DNA of 64,000 nt from Balanoglossus misakiensis (GCA_040954595.2 CM082586.2:11129337-11193336), one strand, 5' to 3'; positions 39,157 to 50,713 are shown, numbered from the stretch's first letter. Program-made: numbers and translations. Notes: generated by a model from the letters alone, not told the origin.

Positions 39157-40149
39157 TTAATTGCCTGTTGGTACTAAACAGCACTCTCCCCGAGTCTAGT
39201 GAAACATCATTTTGGGGGATCTGGATTTCGTGTTCATTATTGCGTGACTGATACGGCGGGTATCGATTGGAATAGGCCCTATCGTTAAAATAGAAGTTCA
39301 TTCTTGTCGGGCGACCCAGGAAGGCATAAGCTTGACGTGCCTAAAGTTTGTCGGACATTGTTCGACCATCACGGCTGCAAATTGGTTTAAGTTCGACCCT
39401 GGGCCCGGTGTAGCCTGCTCCAATAGAAATGGAGAAATTAAGTATAAGGCAACAACCCGAATGTGCCACTTTTTCACTCACAGCATCCCTATAAAACCAC
39501 AGTAAGTGATAAAACAAAAGGTTAGGTCGACTTTTCATGTCCTTATGCGCATGAAAAGAAAAGAATGAGACAGGGTCAATGAAGTCTAGTATCGTGTCTT
39601 CGTGCACACGAAGACGCCCGAGCCGTTCATCATCATGGTATTCCTCGTGGAATCTCTTGGCAAGTGCATGGCGTGTACCGAGTCAGAACATGTAAATACT
39701 GACTTCTGCCATAGACGTACCAGGTGCTTCGACGAGTTGGCCTTCGGCATTGTGGTTTTTTGGCTTTTCTAGTGAAGCCGAAGGCCAAAACCAAGGACCG
39801 TGACTAAACTGAAAAGCCCCCACCCCCCCATCTCCCCCCCCGCCCTCACCAGTTTTTGTAGTAGATATGTTCTTCATGCCTACCCCAATTCTACCGCTGG
39901 CTGCGCTGTCACAGTGACCTCAAGCCAGGTCAAATTTGAGCTAAAAGACAAGTTCCGTCTACATACTCATGAATATTTCTTGGTTTCTTCGCGTATAAAC
40001 TCAGGAATACTATGCCCCTGAAGCCTCGGCTGGCTTTGATGCACGTTATCATGTTTTAATTAGTCAAAGACCCACGGTAGCAAAGTAGGTAATTGTCTTT
40101 TTTTCACGCGTATCCTTTGGTCATATATTCTTCCTGCAGCCCCCAGCCC

Positions 40150-40465
40150 TTGCTGCAGTTTGCAGCCCCTCCATCTCCCCTGAACGAGTTTTGGTTTTGC
40201 CGATTGAAGTTGAATAACTGGGGAAAACGTAGGCAAAATCGACAAATACCGCGACATCCTTTGCCAGGTAAGCGCTGTATGGGTTCCGGGACCGATTTGG
40301 CGAAAAAATTGTGGAAAATTGTGGACTGGAGACGTCTGGAGTGTAGAAATTCGCTCCGGGCCCAAATCCCGGTCGCTCGTTGTGCGGTTTAGAATAGCTG
40401 GGACCTGCAGCCCCGCAAAAACAAAAATCGTCCAGGGGAGATGGAGGGGCTGCAAACTGCAGCAA
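40150..40465. mobile_element. 316-bp MITE with ~51-bp TIRs and a 10-bp TSD (MULE-like TSD length)
   Basis: CCCCCAGCCC (40140-49) TTGCTGCAGTTTGCAGCCCCTCCATCTCCCCTG...CAGGGGAGATGGAGGGGCTGCAAACTGCAGCAA CCCCCAGCCC (40466-75). Confidence 0.85.
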
Positions 40466-41200
40466 CCCCCAGCCCCACATTCGCTGATATAATTGTCACG
40501 TTCCTCGATAGTTATTATAATTTTTAGTTAGAGACGGCCTTGTAGACTCGGAATTGTAGACTAGCGACGGCTCAGCTGGCATATCGTACCACTTTTTCTG
40601 TTACATTGCCGACTGGCCCGGCGCAACTACCGAGGAAAGATACGGGTGTGCTCGTGGGAATTGTCAACTACCCGTTCATCGTTCGACTGCTCAACACAGA
40701 TCATTGATAACACAATGTCACATTTCGAACTAATTTTGAAATTCTGGATAAATTCTCCAAATATCCTGTTAATCTGGGATTTTCTTCCATCACCTTGATG
40801 CAACTGTATCAGAATTTGTCTTTTAAGTTTATTCACACCAAAAAAAAAACAACAACAGCCATTTCCTGGAAATTGTCATGTTTTCTCTAAAAGAAATAAG
40901 CTGAACTTTTTTATTCAAAGGAAACGTTCAGCAAATTTTTTTCTCCCCAAAATTCAGGTGAATTTTTCACAGATTCTTTTTTCCCAGAAATTCTGCCGAA
41001 ATCTACACTAATCACACACTTATTGCAAAGGTGTAACACAAAATATAGACTTTACAAACAAAAATCTAATGTTATACATTTATGAACCTCTTATTCACCA
41101 ATATTAAATGTTTTCAAAGAGGAAATGTATTATTCACGGACTGGAATTTCGAAATTAGTTTGGAACATGTTTGATGTGTTATAAATTGGTTTATTTTCAG

Positions 41201-41319
41201 ATTTTATGGTGGGCACTTGACAGTAATTGAGGGTTATTCTGAAAATCGTTATGCTGGAGCAGAGATTGTAAACCAGATTGAAGAGACTTCCAATGAAACA
41301 GCGAACCATGGTTGGATTG
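41201..41319 (+). pseudogene. Exon: C-type lectin domain, middle part
   Basis: ttttcag|A TTT TAT GGT GGG CAC TTG = FYGGHLTVIEGYSENRY...HGWIG|gtgagt. Confidence 0.85.
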
Positions 41320-41756
41320 GTGAGTGTGTCTTTTAACAGTGTTTGTCAGTGTTCCCAAATAATTTGTGGGTGTATCAAGTGTAAAAAATAACTGGTTTTG
41401 GAATTTGACAGTTTACAAGTAAGCACTGCATAGTAACACTTGAATGATAATTGTCTCAAGATGGTAATTGAAAAGCCTATTTTTTACATCTCAATAACCT
41501 CACAAAATCTTGCTATTAAGTGACTCTGTATGCAGTTTTTCATCCAGATGGAGGGATGAGGGAATTCGCCCACTGTCAGCATGTTGGCACCCCCCTAGAA
41601 ATTTGTCAAGGGGGAAATGGTGCCCCTTACAGACTCAGCGATGTCACTCATTCCCCTCCTTGCAAGAGTGCAACTATTCAAGCAAAGGGGGACATATCCC
41701 CCCCCCCCATCCTGGATGAAACACTGCTGTATGCATCTTCTTTCTTTATTTCCATT

Positions 41757-41978
41757 TTATATGATTTAGTGGACCCAATCGAGATGGCAGTGTGGAATAT
41801 GATTATTCAGATGGCAGGAAAGGTAGTGTCTTTGATGGTCGATGGGCAGACACAGAACCTGATGCCTCCACTGGGCAATGTGTGAGGTTAAACCTCTTTG
41901 AAAATAATTACCCATTGTATCATGCAAGATGTGATGATGTCAGTCTGTCAATGTGTGAAGTAGCAGCTTGTGCTGAAG
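41757..41978 (+). pseudogene. Exon: C-type lectin C-terminal half (acceptor/frame damaged; start approximate)
   Basis: YDYSDG..RWADTEPDASTGQCV..HARCDDVSLSMCEVAACAEG|gtaagt. No phase-compatible AG is visible at the end of the polypyrimidine tract. Confidence 0.8.
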
Positions 41979-42099
41979 GTAAGTCTGATTCAAATCAGCT
42001 AGAATCTTCCCTTACTCGCATCAGGTCTTTACTTTTCTCGCACTGCTGTAGTCACCTCCCAATATATATACTAAGAGAGAGTGTGTGCAAAAGAGCGGG

Positions 42100-42372
42100 A
42101 GGGAGAGGATGGGAGGGGAGAGTGAGAGGGGAGGGAGAGAGAGCTGGAGAGTGACAGGGAGGGAGGGAGGGAGGGTGGTAGTGAGGGAGAGGGGGAGAGA
42201 GAACTAGAGGGAGAGGGAGGGGTAGAGGGGGGTAGGGAGGGAGAGAGAGCTAGAGAGGGGTGGGAGGGAGGGAGAGGGGCGGGAGAGGGGAGGGAGAGGG
42301 GCGGGAGAGGGGAGGGAGAGAGCTAGAGAGGGAGGGGGAGGGGGTGGAAGGGAGGGAAGGAGAGAGAGTTAG
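42100..42372. repeat. Polypurine (GA/GGGA) low-complexity tract
   Basis: ~270 bp almost entirely G/A on the plus strand, with many GGG runs. Confidence 0.85.
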
Positions 42373-42576
42373 AGTCCCCTAAGCAATACAAGATATACTT
42401 GGAAGAGCTCACCACTAAAAGTTAAACAAGGGGGATCAGATCATGTGATGTCTCCTTGGGTGCAGAATGGTGTTATATTTGAAATTCAAAATTGAGGCCA
42501 GTTGTCGCTAGATAATTCCACTCATTAATTGTATGGTTATGTTTACTTAACAATTTCTTTTAGACTATTTATGTAA

Positions 42577-44045
42577 TAGAGAACCACCGACCCCGAGGTG
42601 GTTCTTGGTTTCGAATTGCCGAGGGCCGCAGGCCCGAGGCGATTGGAAACCAAGAACCACTGAGGGGGAGGTGGTTCTCTAACTTAAACCACGACCCCCC
42701 ACAGACATTGTCACCATTGGAGCTTCGTGTACCACAAAGACGTCGTTTTACTCAACGATTCAATAAAATGAACGAACAAAAGCTTATCAAAAGAGGCTTA
42801 TTCTTCATTGCTGACTGTGAAATTTGGTTGGCCACCCCTTTTCCTATAAATGAATCATGTCGTGGGCAGGTAGTTCTAGACCGCCCTGCTGGGCCTTACA
42901 AGATCGCCCACGCTTGACAGGTGTTACTCTAAATGTTCATGCTTACGTGTCAGAGTGATATGCTAATTTCAAACACTAATTTGCATCAAATTAAACTTTA
43001 CAGGTGTGTTACGTAGTGTATTATGGGAAGCGTTACAGCTATTGGGGTTTTGCGTGCACATGGTAAGCTTACGCGAAAATTTTCTAGGCCAAATGCAGAA
43101 GGCCTACATGTAAGTGTCACGTTTTTTTTTTATTTTCCTTCAAATGTCCATGAAATCGATCTGAAGATACATGTAGTTCCGATCTATATCATCTGCGAAA
43201 ACAAGCGGCTACATGTTGGTAAAGCAAAAACCGGGTAACAATGCTCTACATGGTACTACTGCCCGTCTGTGTATTGGCCTCCCTGGCTTTTGAACGAACC
43301 ACTCTCTACGAGCCACAACGGCAACACGTCTGTATGGTAGCGATATTGGTGAGTAACTCATCTGCGAAAAGACTTGATACCGAAGTGAATCCGTCCGACA
43401 TTACAAACCCACGTCTGGTGAACAGCAACAAAAAGTAAGCAGAATTTTGCAAGGTACGCGGGTTTTAGGCCTAAAACAGCCAACCTTGTTACATGTCGGT
43501 AGTGAAGCAAAATCGAAGTGAAGCATCTGGTTAGAGTAATACAAGCAAATCTGGGGATAATGTGATTTAGTATAATTTTCTAGAAATTTGTAGTTAATTT
43601 ATTGCAACGTTAGTTTGTTTCTGGTGAATTGATTTTTGTCTATTTTATACTTTTATTATCATGTTATGAAGACTCTCGAGAGCCACCAAGACATTAGCTT
43701 TGTACGTCAGTAGACAAAACTGTGAATGTGAAGCATTGAATGAAATGATCCGGAGACTGTCGCATATCCAGTTCGCTTTCAATTAACATAACAATTACTC
43801 TATTCAAATGAAATGTACTTTGAATACAGGTATAGAAGTAAATGTAATTATGCAAATAAAGCATTGTGTATTTGTATTTTTGTTACGACAGGTGAGACTG
43901 AGTCCTGCGGTAGTTCTAGAACCCCCGGAGGTAGTTCTAGAACTACCCGGGACTTGGTTTTAAACCTGTGGTTTTGTGTGAGACGGAGGTTCTCTCAGTG
44001 AATGACTTGTCTATTGAATAGTGTGACGTCACGATCGTGGTTTAA
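42577..44045. mobile_element. Non-autonomous element with a ~105-nt terminal hairpin and 11-bp subterminal inverted repeats (Crypton-like, tentative)
   Basis: Hairpin 42577-42681 with apex GCCGAGGGCCGCAGGCCCGAGGC; TTAAACCACGA (42684-94) pairs with TCGTGGTTTAA (44035-45). Confidence 0.6.
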
Positions 44046-44123
44046 TTGTATGATCATCTCCTTTGCAACTAAAGACTACTTTTGAACTGTCAGCAGAAAG
44101 TCTGATCCTCAAAGAATTTTGTA

Positions 44124-44314
44124 CTGTAAACAGGAAATTTTCGCGAGCGATACATTTTTGCGAACTATGCGAGAGCCAAAAAAACGCGAAAATAAACAAG
44201 TTGTGTCAAAATGTTTTTCGAAGATAGCAATGCCGTGAAATATGAGAATGCGAAAATCAATCATCGCATAACAGTTGCCACTTTTGATATCATGAAAAAT
44301 TTCCTGTTTTACAG
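44124..44314. mobile_element. TA-flanked MITE family B (CTGTAAA TIRs; Tc1/mariner-type TSD)
   Basis: TA|CTGTAAACAGGAAATTTT...AAAATTTCCTGTTTTACAG|TA. Relatives at 49607, 50286 and 53102; fragments at ~46302 and ~49860-50055. Confidence 0.85.
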
Positions 44315-44627
44315 TATGTCATAAATATAAATCAGAAACAAAACTGGGCCAAGTATTTTAAGAATCTGGCATCTGTCACACTGATAGTTTGGGCTTAGAG
44401 AATCATAATATGCGGTTCTTGGAATTTTCGGGTGTGATAAATGTCGTTTCAAAATTTTTACATTTGATTTATACTAATACAAACATTGTTTTATACATGT
44501 ACATTGGATACTCACTGTTGGTGAAGTAATTTTATCATCAATGAAATTTCGTCAACTTGATGAGCTGAATCTTTATGACCATTCATCACACAAACATACT
44601 CTTTCTTTTTATTTTAATGATATTCAG

Positions 44628-44752
44628 GAACATGTGGTGGTTTGGAAACTGGTGAATCGGGGACCTTTCACAGCACTGGATACCCAGATGATAATTATTA
44701 CATTCTACAAGAATGTATTTGGACAATCCAGGGACCTGCAACATCCAGAATA
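44628..44752 (+). pseudogene. Exon: CUB1 N-terminal half (donor lost)
   Basis: ttcag|GA ACA TGT GGT GGT = TCGGLETGESGTFHSTGYPDDNYYILQECIWTIQGPATSRI, then runs into TAA at 44765-67 with no phase-0 GT. Confidence 0.85.
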
Positions 44753-45054
44753 AGTGCTCACTTGTAAACTGTCAAATTCCAAAACCAGTTATTTTTTACA
44801 GTAAAACTTGCATAAACCACTAACTCTGTCTAATCTGGAAACCTGCCTATACAAAACACCTTTTCCCGTCCATTCGACATACAAACACTTTAAAAAAAAA
44901 CAGACACATGTATTAGATTTAAATTCATTTCAACTAAAAAAAAAATAATTTGATTTTTTTCTTCCTTATAACAAACATGATTTTTGGTAAACTTTTGAAT
45001 TAAAGGGCCATTATCTATAACTTCAGGCTAGTTTATCAGTAATTTTGTTTTGTG

Positions 45055-45710
45055 TTTATTACACCTCACGTATTATACCGTTTTCGTGATTGGCTGAGAC
45101 GCGCTCACGTGATATAGAAAAAAAAGTGATATAACATGGCTAGAGTTGATAAAGCCCTGTCGCGTGCGCTGATATTGCCCGCTTGGTTGTTTTGGTGTTC
45201 TGGGCACGACTTCTGCGCGTTCCAAACTGTCGTTCAATGGCTTCCTTCACGATCAGTCAACTCCCGCATCTATATGGCTTCAAAGCGACACACAGGCTTA
45301 ACACCTGTTCTACTGGATGATATTTTACTGCAAACGGGCAGTAAATACACCAAAATCGCAACCAACAGCGCAGTATTTTCAAAATAATCTAAGTTCGAAG
45401 TAGGTATCGTATAATTCTTGGGAGATCGAGACATTTTACATTCTCAGCAACGTACGACATATGGACGCGAGTCTACATGCTACATGCTGCAGTGTATGTA
45501 CGTTCAAATGTTCGGCGTAATAAAATTAATAACACATTATGCTCGGGCAACATCACGATTTGAAGCCTGCCCTCGGGCTGGTGATCTCTGACCAAAATAT
45601 TGATGATACCCTCGCCTGCGGCTCGGGCATCATCAATATTATGGTCAGAGATCACCATCCCTCATGCAGGCTTCAAATCGTGATATTGCCCTCGCTATCA
45701 TGTGTTATTA
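45055..45710. mobile_element. Second hairpin-terminated element (Crypton-like, tentative), opposite orientation
   Basis: 184-nt hairpin 45527-45710 with apex CCCTCGCCTGCGGCTCGGG (reverse complement contains GCCGCAGGC); TTTATTACACC (45055-65) pairs with GGCGTAATAAA (45514-24). Confidence 0.6.
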
Positions 45711-46076
45711 TTTAAATTAAACACTTTTTCTTGTTCCTCTCCTCATGAGTAACCCATCACACCCAGCTCTCTGCTTGTCAACGAGTCATGTGTATGTGTA
45801 CTGACTGTTGTTATTATTTACGAATGTTTTCAAACAACAACAATGCCGATTGTGCCCTCATAGGTTTCGTTGAGAAGTTAAGACTATGGATTTAACTCTG
45901 CCCTGCGTAGCTGAACAAGAAACTATAATTGATACACAGAATAGAAATACTGAAAAATGCAAAAAGTTACAGCTAATGGGGCTTAAGTCATGAAACTGTG
46001 TTTATTTTCATGTATATTGGCTTGAGACAGCTCACTATTTATGATGTGTGTTGTGACATTTTTTTATTCTTTTCAG

Positions 46077-46278
46077 TTTCTACATTTTGACACTGAACTT
46101 TATCATGATACTGTTGTCATTGTCGAGGTGTCTGTGTTTGACCCATCCAAAGTTCTTGCCACATACAGTGGACCGGACCAGCCTGATGAAGTTATTAGCA
46201 GTGGTAATGCAATGTTGGTGAAATTTCTCTCAGATAGTTCGCATACTGCTACTGGCTTTGAAGCATCTTGGCAAGCAG
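46077..46278 (+). pseudogene. Exon: CUB1 C-terminal half
   Basis: ttttcag|FLHFDTELYHDTV...YSG..PDEVISSGNAMLVKFLSDSSHTATGFEASWQA|gtaata. Confidence 0.9.
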
Positions 46279-46571
46279 GTAATACCAAGTTTTATACATA
46301 ATGTAAAACTGGAAATTTTCGCAAACGATAAATTTTCGCGAACTACACATAAACTTTGCATGTGTGGACACAAGGCAACTAAAAGCATTAATGCTCTGTG
46401 TTTACCTTAGGCAAATAGTGTCTCTGAAACGTTTCGAATTTTACCCTACGTGAACCTGGTATAACATTATAGATTGCACATGTAGGCAATATTTGCCCTA
46501 CCTCGACTGTGATCTTGCTGATGTCCTGTTTGTGAAGTGTTTCTGTTAAGATGACTTCTTCTTTCTTTCAG

Positions 46572-46723
46572 TGTATTCTTTGTGTGGTGGGAATTTCATA
46601 GCACAGTCATATAAACAGAATCTCAGCAGTACAGAATATTTTGAAGGCAAGAATTATCTCAACAATGAAGATTGTAACTGACAGCTGGCATCATTCACAA
46701 CAGAATTTGTTGTCACTTTACAG
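46572..46723 (+). pseudogene. Exon: CUB2 N-terminal half with in-frame TGA at the conserved Trp
   Basis: tttcag|YSLCGGNFIAQSYKQNLSSTEYFEGKNYLNNEDCN*QLASFTTEFVVTLQ|gtag; TGA at 46679-81. Confidence 0.88.
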
Positions 46724-47092
46724 GTAGTGGATTCAGATGCAATTAATCGTGTGAGTTGTTTTACAGCATGACAAAAATTAGTAATTATATTTTTAAAAAT
46801 ACATTTTATTTTTGTCATTTCTGGTCAATTCTCAGTAGTCACTTTTCCGATTTCTTAAAATTTGGTTTACAAGGACCTACAATATTTGTTATTATGGTGT
46901 ACATAAACATGTGACAAATATCAATACTGGGGAGGAGGGGGGTGGGTAGTTTTAGACATTTTTGGTCCAAAAGTCCACTTATGTCAGAAACGGCTCTTCC
47001 AGTTGTTTTGGATTTTGGTTTATTGGGATGTGAAAATATTCTTTATCAGATGTATTCTTATATTACCTCATCAATGCTAAAGGTGTCCTTAT

Positions 47093-47368
47093 AGGGACGA
47101 AGTCTCTCTCTCTCGCTGCCCTTTTCCCATTAATTATGTTTGATACAAGACACCGTTTATGTTATTCTACATGAGGATATATAGTGAATCAACATTCGAC
47201 CACACACACCTTCCATCCCATTTTTAGGATATGAGAGTAAAAATCTCGCCCAAAATGAAGCGGGATGGAATGTTGATTCACTATATATCCACATCTAGAA
47301 TAACATAAACGATAATCAAACGATAATTAATGGAAAAGGGGCAGCGAGAGAGAGAGAGACTTTGCCCC
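47093..47368. mobile_element. MITE family A copy
   Basis: AGGGACGAAGTCTCTCTCTCTCGCTGCCC...GGGCAGCGAGAGAGAGAGAGACTTTGCCCC|TTAA. Confidence 0.8.
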
Positions 47369-47483
47369 TTAATGGTTTTGTGTAGGAAATTGTGATCACT
47401 ATGATTGTACGGTATGTCACATTTAAATGTACATATCAAATGGGAGCAAAGTGTCTTTGATGCTATTTTTTATATCTTTTCCG

Positions 47484-47685
47484 TTTATCTCCTTTGCAAC
47501 AGAAGATGGGGCTGATCAAGTGTCTGTATACGATGGCGCTGAACTGAATCCTGCCCTCAGACTTGCTTTATTTTCTGGGATGGAGTTACCCAATGTCATC
47601 ATATCTTCCAAAAGTATGATGAGAGTTGACATTAAGAGTGATGATGCAGTTACAATGAGAGGTTTTCATGTACATTACTGGGCAG
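47484..47685 (+). pseudogene. Exon: CUB2 C-terminal half (acceptor AG replaced by CG)
   Basis: ttttccg|FISFATEDGADQVSVYDG..FSGMELPNVIISSKSMMRVDIKSDDAVTMRGFHVHYWA|gtagg. Confidence 0.85.
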
Positions 47686-47770
47686 GTAGGTAACGCATTC
47701 AAATTGATCAAGACGTTGTTTGAATGAAGAGGCAATCAAGGATTCATGATGCAAGAGAACAATGTTTTAA

Positions 47771-48119
47771 AGGGACAAACACTCTCTCTCGCTACCCTTT
47801 TTCCAGGAATTATGATGATACAATACAGCGTTTATGTTATTCTACATGTGGATATATATTAAAACAACGTTTGACCACAAACAACTTCCATCCCACTTGT
47901 AGACACAAGAGTGAAAAAACTCGCCAAAATGAATAATTGGTCTCTACCGTTTATTCATTTTGGCAATATTTTTACTCTCATATCCTACAAACGGGATGGA
48001 AGTTGTGCGTGGTTGAATGTTGATTCACTATATATCCACATGTAGAATAACATAAACAGTATCTTGTATCAAACATAGTTAATGGAAAAAGGGCAGCGAG
48101 TGAGAGAAACTTTGTCCCT
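47771..48119. mobile_element. MITE family A, near-complete 349-bp palindrome with TTAA TSD
   Basis: TTAA|AGGGACAAA...TTTGTCCCT|TTAA; the whole element folds back on itself. Confidence 0.9.
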
Positions 48120-48496
48120 TTAAATCACTTAAAATCATTCCCAAAGAATTTCAACCCAGTAAGAATTGTAAGGATCACAGATCTATCTTCTTTTGCCATT
48201 CTTTCTGGAAGTTTATAATATAAGCTAATCTGATACTGGGTCATTATGAAACTTTTTAACAGAAAAAATAACAAAATGTGAAAAAAGTTAAATGAGTTTA
48301 ATTTGATAACTACATGTATAACGACAGAAAGGTTTGACCTAAGGAAGTCATATACAGTTAACAGTCATTTCTTCTGTCGCGTACGACTTTTTATCCAGAA
48401 GGCAATTATTATGTGATTTGATCCCCTAGCACAAAATAAAAGGCAGCCAGGATTACACCAAACCTGTGGATTGAATTCATTATTCCTTGTTTGGTA

Positions 48497-49245
48497 TTTT
48501 TAGCTTGGCTGTCACTTGTGTCAGCCAAGCTGTAGCAGTAGGTTGATAAGTGTCCGTCTGTCGTCCGGCGTCCGTTGTCCGTCGTCCGTCAACTTTCGGT
48601 ATTTCAATCTTCTTCGTTAAAACGACATTGCATATTTAGCTATAATTTGGTAGGAATGTGTGTTATGGTGCCCCTACCTGATTTTGTAAATTTGGATTTG
48701 ATGGGGTCATAAATATGCAAATTAGATCTAAAAATAGAATGTTGGTCAAACATTTTCTTCTCCCTAACTACATGTACGATGGAGCTGAAATTTTGCAGGA
48801 ATGTGTGTTATGGTGCCCCTACCTGATTTCATAAATTTGGATATGATCGGGTCATGAATATGCAAATTAGATCTAAAAATATAATTTTTGGTAAAAAATC
48901 TTCTTCTCCCTAACTACATGTACGATGGAGCTGAAATTTGGTAGAATGTGTGTTATGGTGCCCCTACCTGATTTTGTTTTATTGGAATTTTGATCGGGTC
49001 ATGAATATGCAAATTAGTACCTTGGTACTTCCTTTTGATGTTGTTCTTTAGGAATAAATTCTTTCTTTCTTTAGCACAATGAATCAGGCTGAATGTGGAT
49101 ATTAAATACTTGTGATGTCTATGTTTGGTTTTGTTTAATAGAATACAATTGTTATGATTAAAACCTAGGGTATTCATATCATTGCCCAGCTATAGGTTTC
49201 ACTGTTAAAGTCAGCAGAGCTCTTTTGACCGATAGGTCACTTGTT
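48497..49245 (+). mobile_element. Complete HINE/DINE-1-like (Helentron non-autonomous) element with internal ~146-bp tandem repeats
   Basis: TTTTTAGCTTGGCTG..CAGCCAAGCT 5' inverted repeat; (GTCC/GTC)n microsatellite 48553-48590; ~2.7 repeats (GAATGTGTGTTATGGTGCCCCTACCTGATTT at ~48654, ~48799, ~48944); 3' GTCAGCAGAGCT subTIR and TGACC-GATA-GGTCA hairpin followed by CTTGTT. Confidence 0.85.
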
Positions 49246-49254
49246 TCTTTAAAG

Positions 49255-49439
49255 GTTGCCAGGGAATTGAAATTCTGCGTAGTTTTGGCACGATTCAGTC
49301 ACCAGGGTATGATGTTAGCACTTACCCTGATGATGTTATGTGTAGCTGGTTAATCAAGGAACCAACTGGAAGACCATTAACTCTTAACTTTGATGAGAAC
49401 TTTGGATTAGAGAGGAACACAGATGTTGATTACATCATT
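49255..49439 (+). pseudogene. Exon: CUB3 N-terminal half
   Basis: taaag|GCQGIEILRSFGTIQSPGYDVSTYPDDVMCSWLIKEPTGRPLTLNFDENFGLERNTDVDYII|gtgagt. Confidence 0.9.
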
Positions 49440-49606
49440 GTGAGTATCAGATATGATCATGAGTCAGCCATGTTAAAAATATTTGTCATATTAAAAAATT
49501 TGTCATATTATTTTGCAGTGATTTTAGTTTGACAATTTTGGCAGACATTACTTCAAACTATACAACTTTGGAACACAATTTGGAAATTTAATTAATCACA
49601 TATATA

Positions 49607-49812
49607 CTGTAAAACGGGATACTTTTGCAACATGAAATTTTCGCGTTATCAAAAGAGGCAAGTGTTATGCAACAATAACTTTTCACGTTCTTGTATTTCA
49701 CTGCATCATTATCCCCGAAAAACATTTTTACGCAACTTTTTATTTTCATGTTTTGATGGCTCTCACGTAGATCGCGAAAATTTATTGTTTGCGAACATTT
49801 CCCATTTTACAG
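49607..49812. mobile_element. MITE family B copy
   Basis: TA|CTGTAAAACGGGA...TCCCATTTTACAG|TA. Confidence 0.8.
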
Positions 49813-50092
49813 TATGTTGAGTAGCTGTTACAGCAGGAAATGCAACAAGGATTGAATACTATAACATTTTCGTGAACGATAAATTTTCGTAAACTATGTG
49901 AGAGCCAAAAAATATGAAAATAAAAAGTCGCTTAAAATGCTTCAGAGATAACAATGCAGTAAAATATGCCAATGTGAAAATTAATTGTCGCGTAACAGTA
50001 GCCACCTTTGATATCGCGAAAATTTCCTGTTGTGAAGATTTCCCGTTTTACGGTATTTACAATGCATGCTTAATTTGTCTTTGTTTCTGAAG

Positions 50093-50276
50093 GTATACAA
50101 TGGTACTGAGAGTGATGATGATGTCATTATTGGTCCATGGAGTGGCAATTCTGATGGAGTCATTGATGGCACTGTGCCACCACCCGATTGCCGTACAGAC
50201 ATTGGACACTTTTCGGTTGTGTTCAGGAGTAGTAGAACACGACCAGCTAAAGGATTCAGGGCTTCATTTTCACCAG
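50093..50276 (+). pseudogene. Exon: CUB3 C-terminal half
   Basis: tgaag|VYNGTESDDD..GHFSVVFRSSRTRPAKGFRASFSP|gtacac. Confidence 0.88.
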
Positions 50277-50285
50277 GTACACATA

Positions 50286-50492
50286 CTGTAAAACACTTTA
50301 TTTTCACGAGTTGAAATTTTTCGCGACATCGAGAGAGGCCACTGTTTCGCCAGTATTAATTTTCGCGTTCTCTTATTTCATTCATTGCATCTTTATCTTC
50401 AAAAAAATTACGCAACTTTTTATTTTCACGCTATTTTGGCTCTCGCGTATTTCGCGAAAATCTCTTGCTCGCGAAAATAAAGTGTTTTACAG
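50286..50492. mobile_element. MITE family B-related copy, 9 bp downstream of a splice donor
   Basis: TA|CTGTAAAACACTTTATTTTC...GAAAATAAAGTGTTTTACAG|TA. Confidence 0.85.
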
Positions 50493-50713
50493 TAACTTAC
50501 TAACATTTCAGAAAAAGTTGTTACAGAATTCTTAGAAACACACTCTCCCTTTATTCCTTGTGATTTAGAGTCATTAATTGAAAGGTGCAAATGTTTTTGA
50601 ATTTTTACGAAACTTCAAAGAGCTGGAAAAACAGAGACAGTAATTTCTTACAATTGCAATGCAATTTTGGACCATTGACAGGAATGGCAACACTCTTGTA
50701 TCACACTCAATAA

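Noticed and set aside
46679-46681. TGA as selenocysteine, readthrough or an A-to-I-edited Trp codon
   Set aside because: The position is a conserved Trp (simple TGG>TGA) and the gene has several other independent lesions; a nonsense mutation is more parsimonious.
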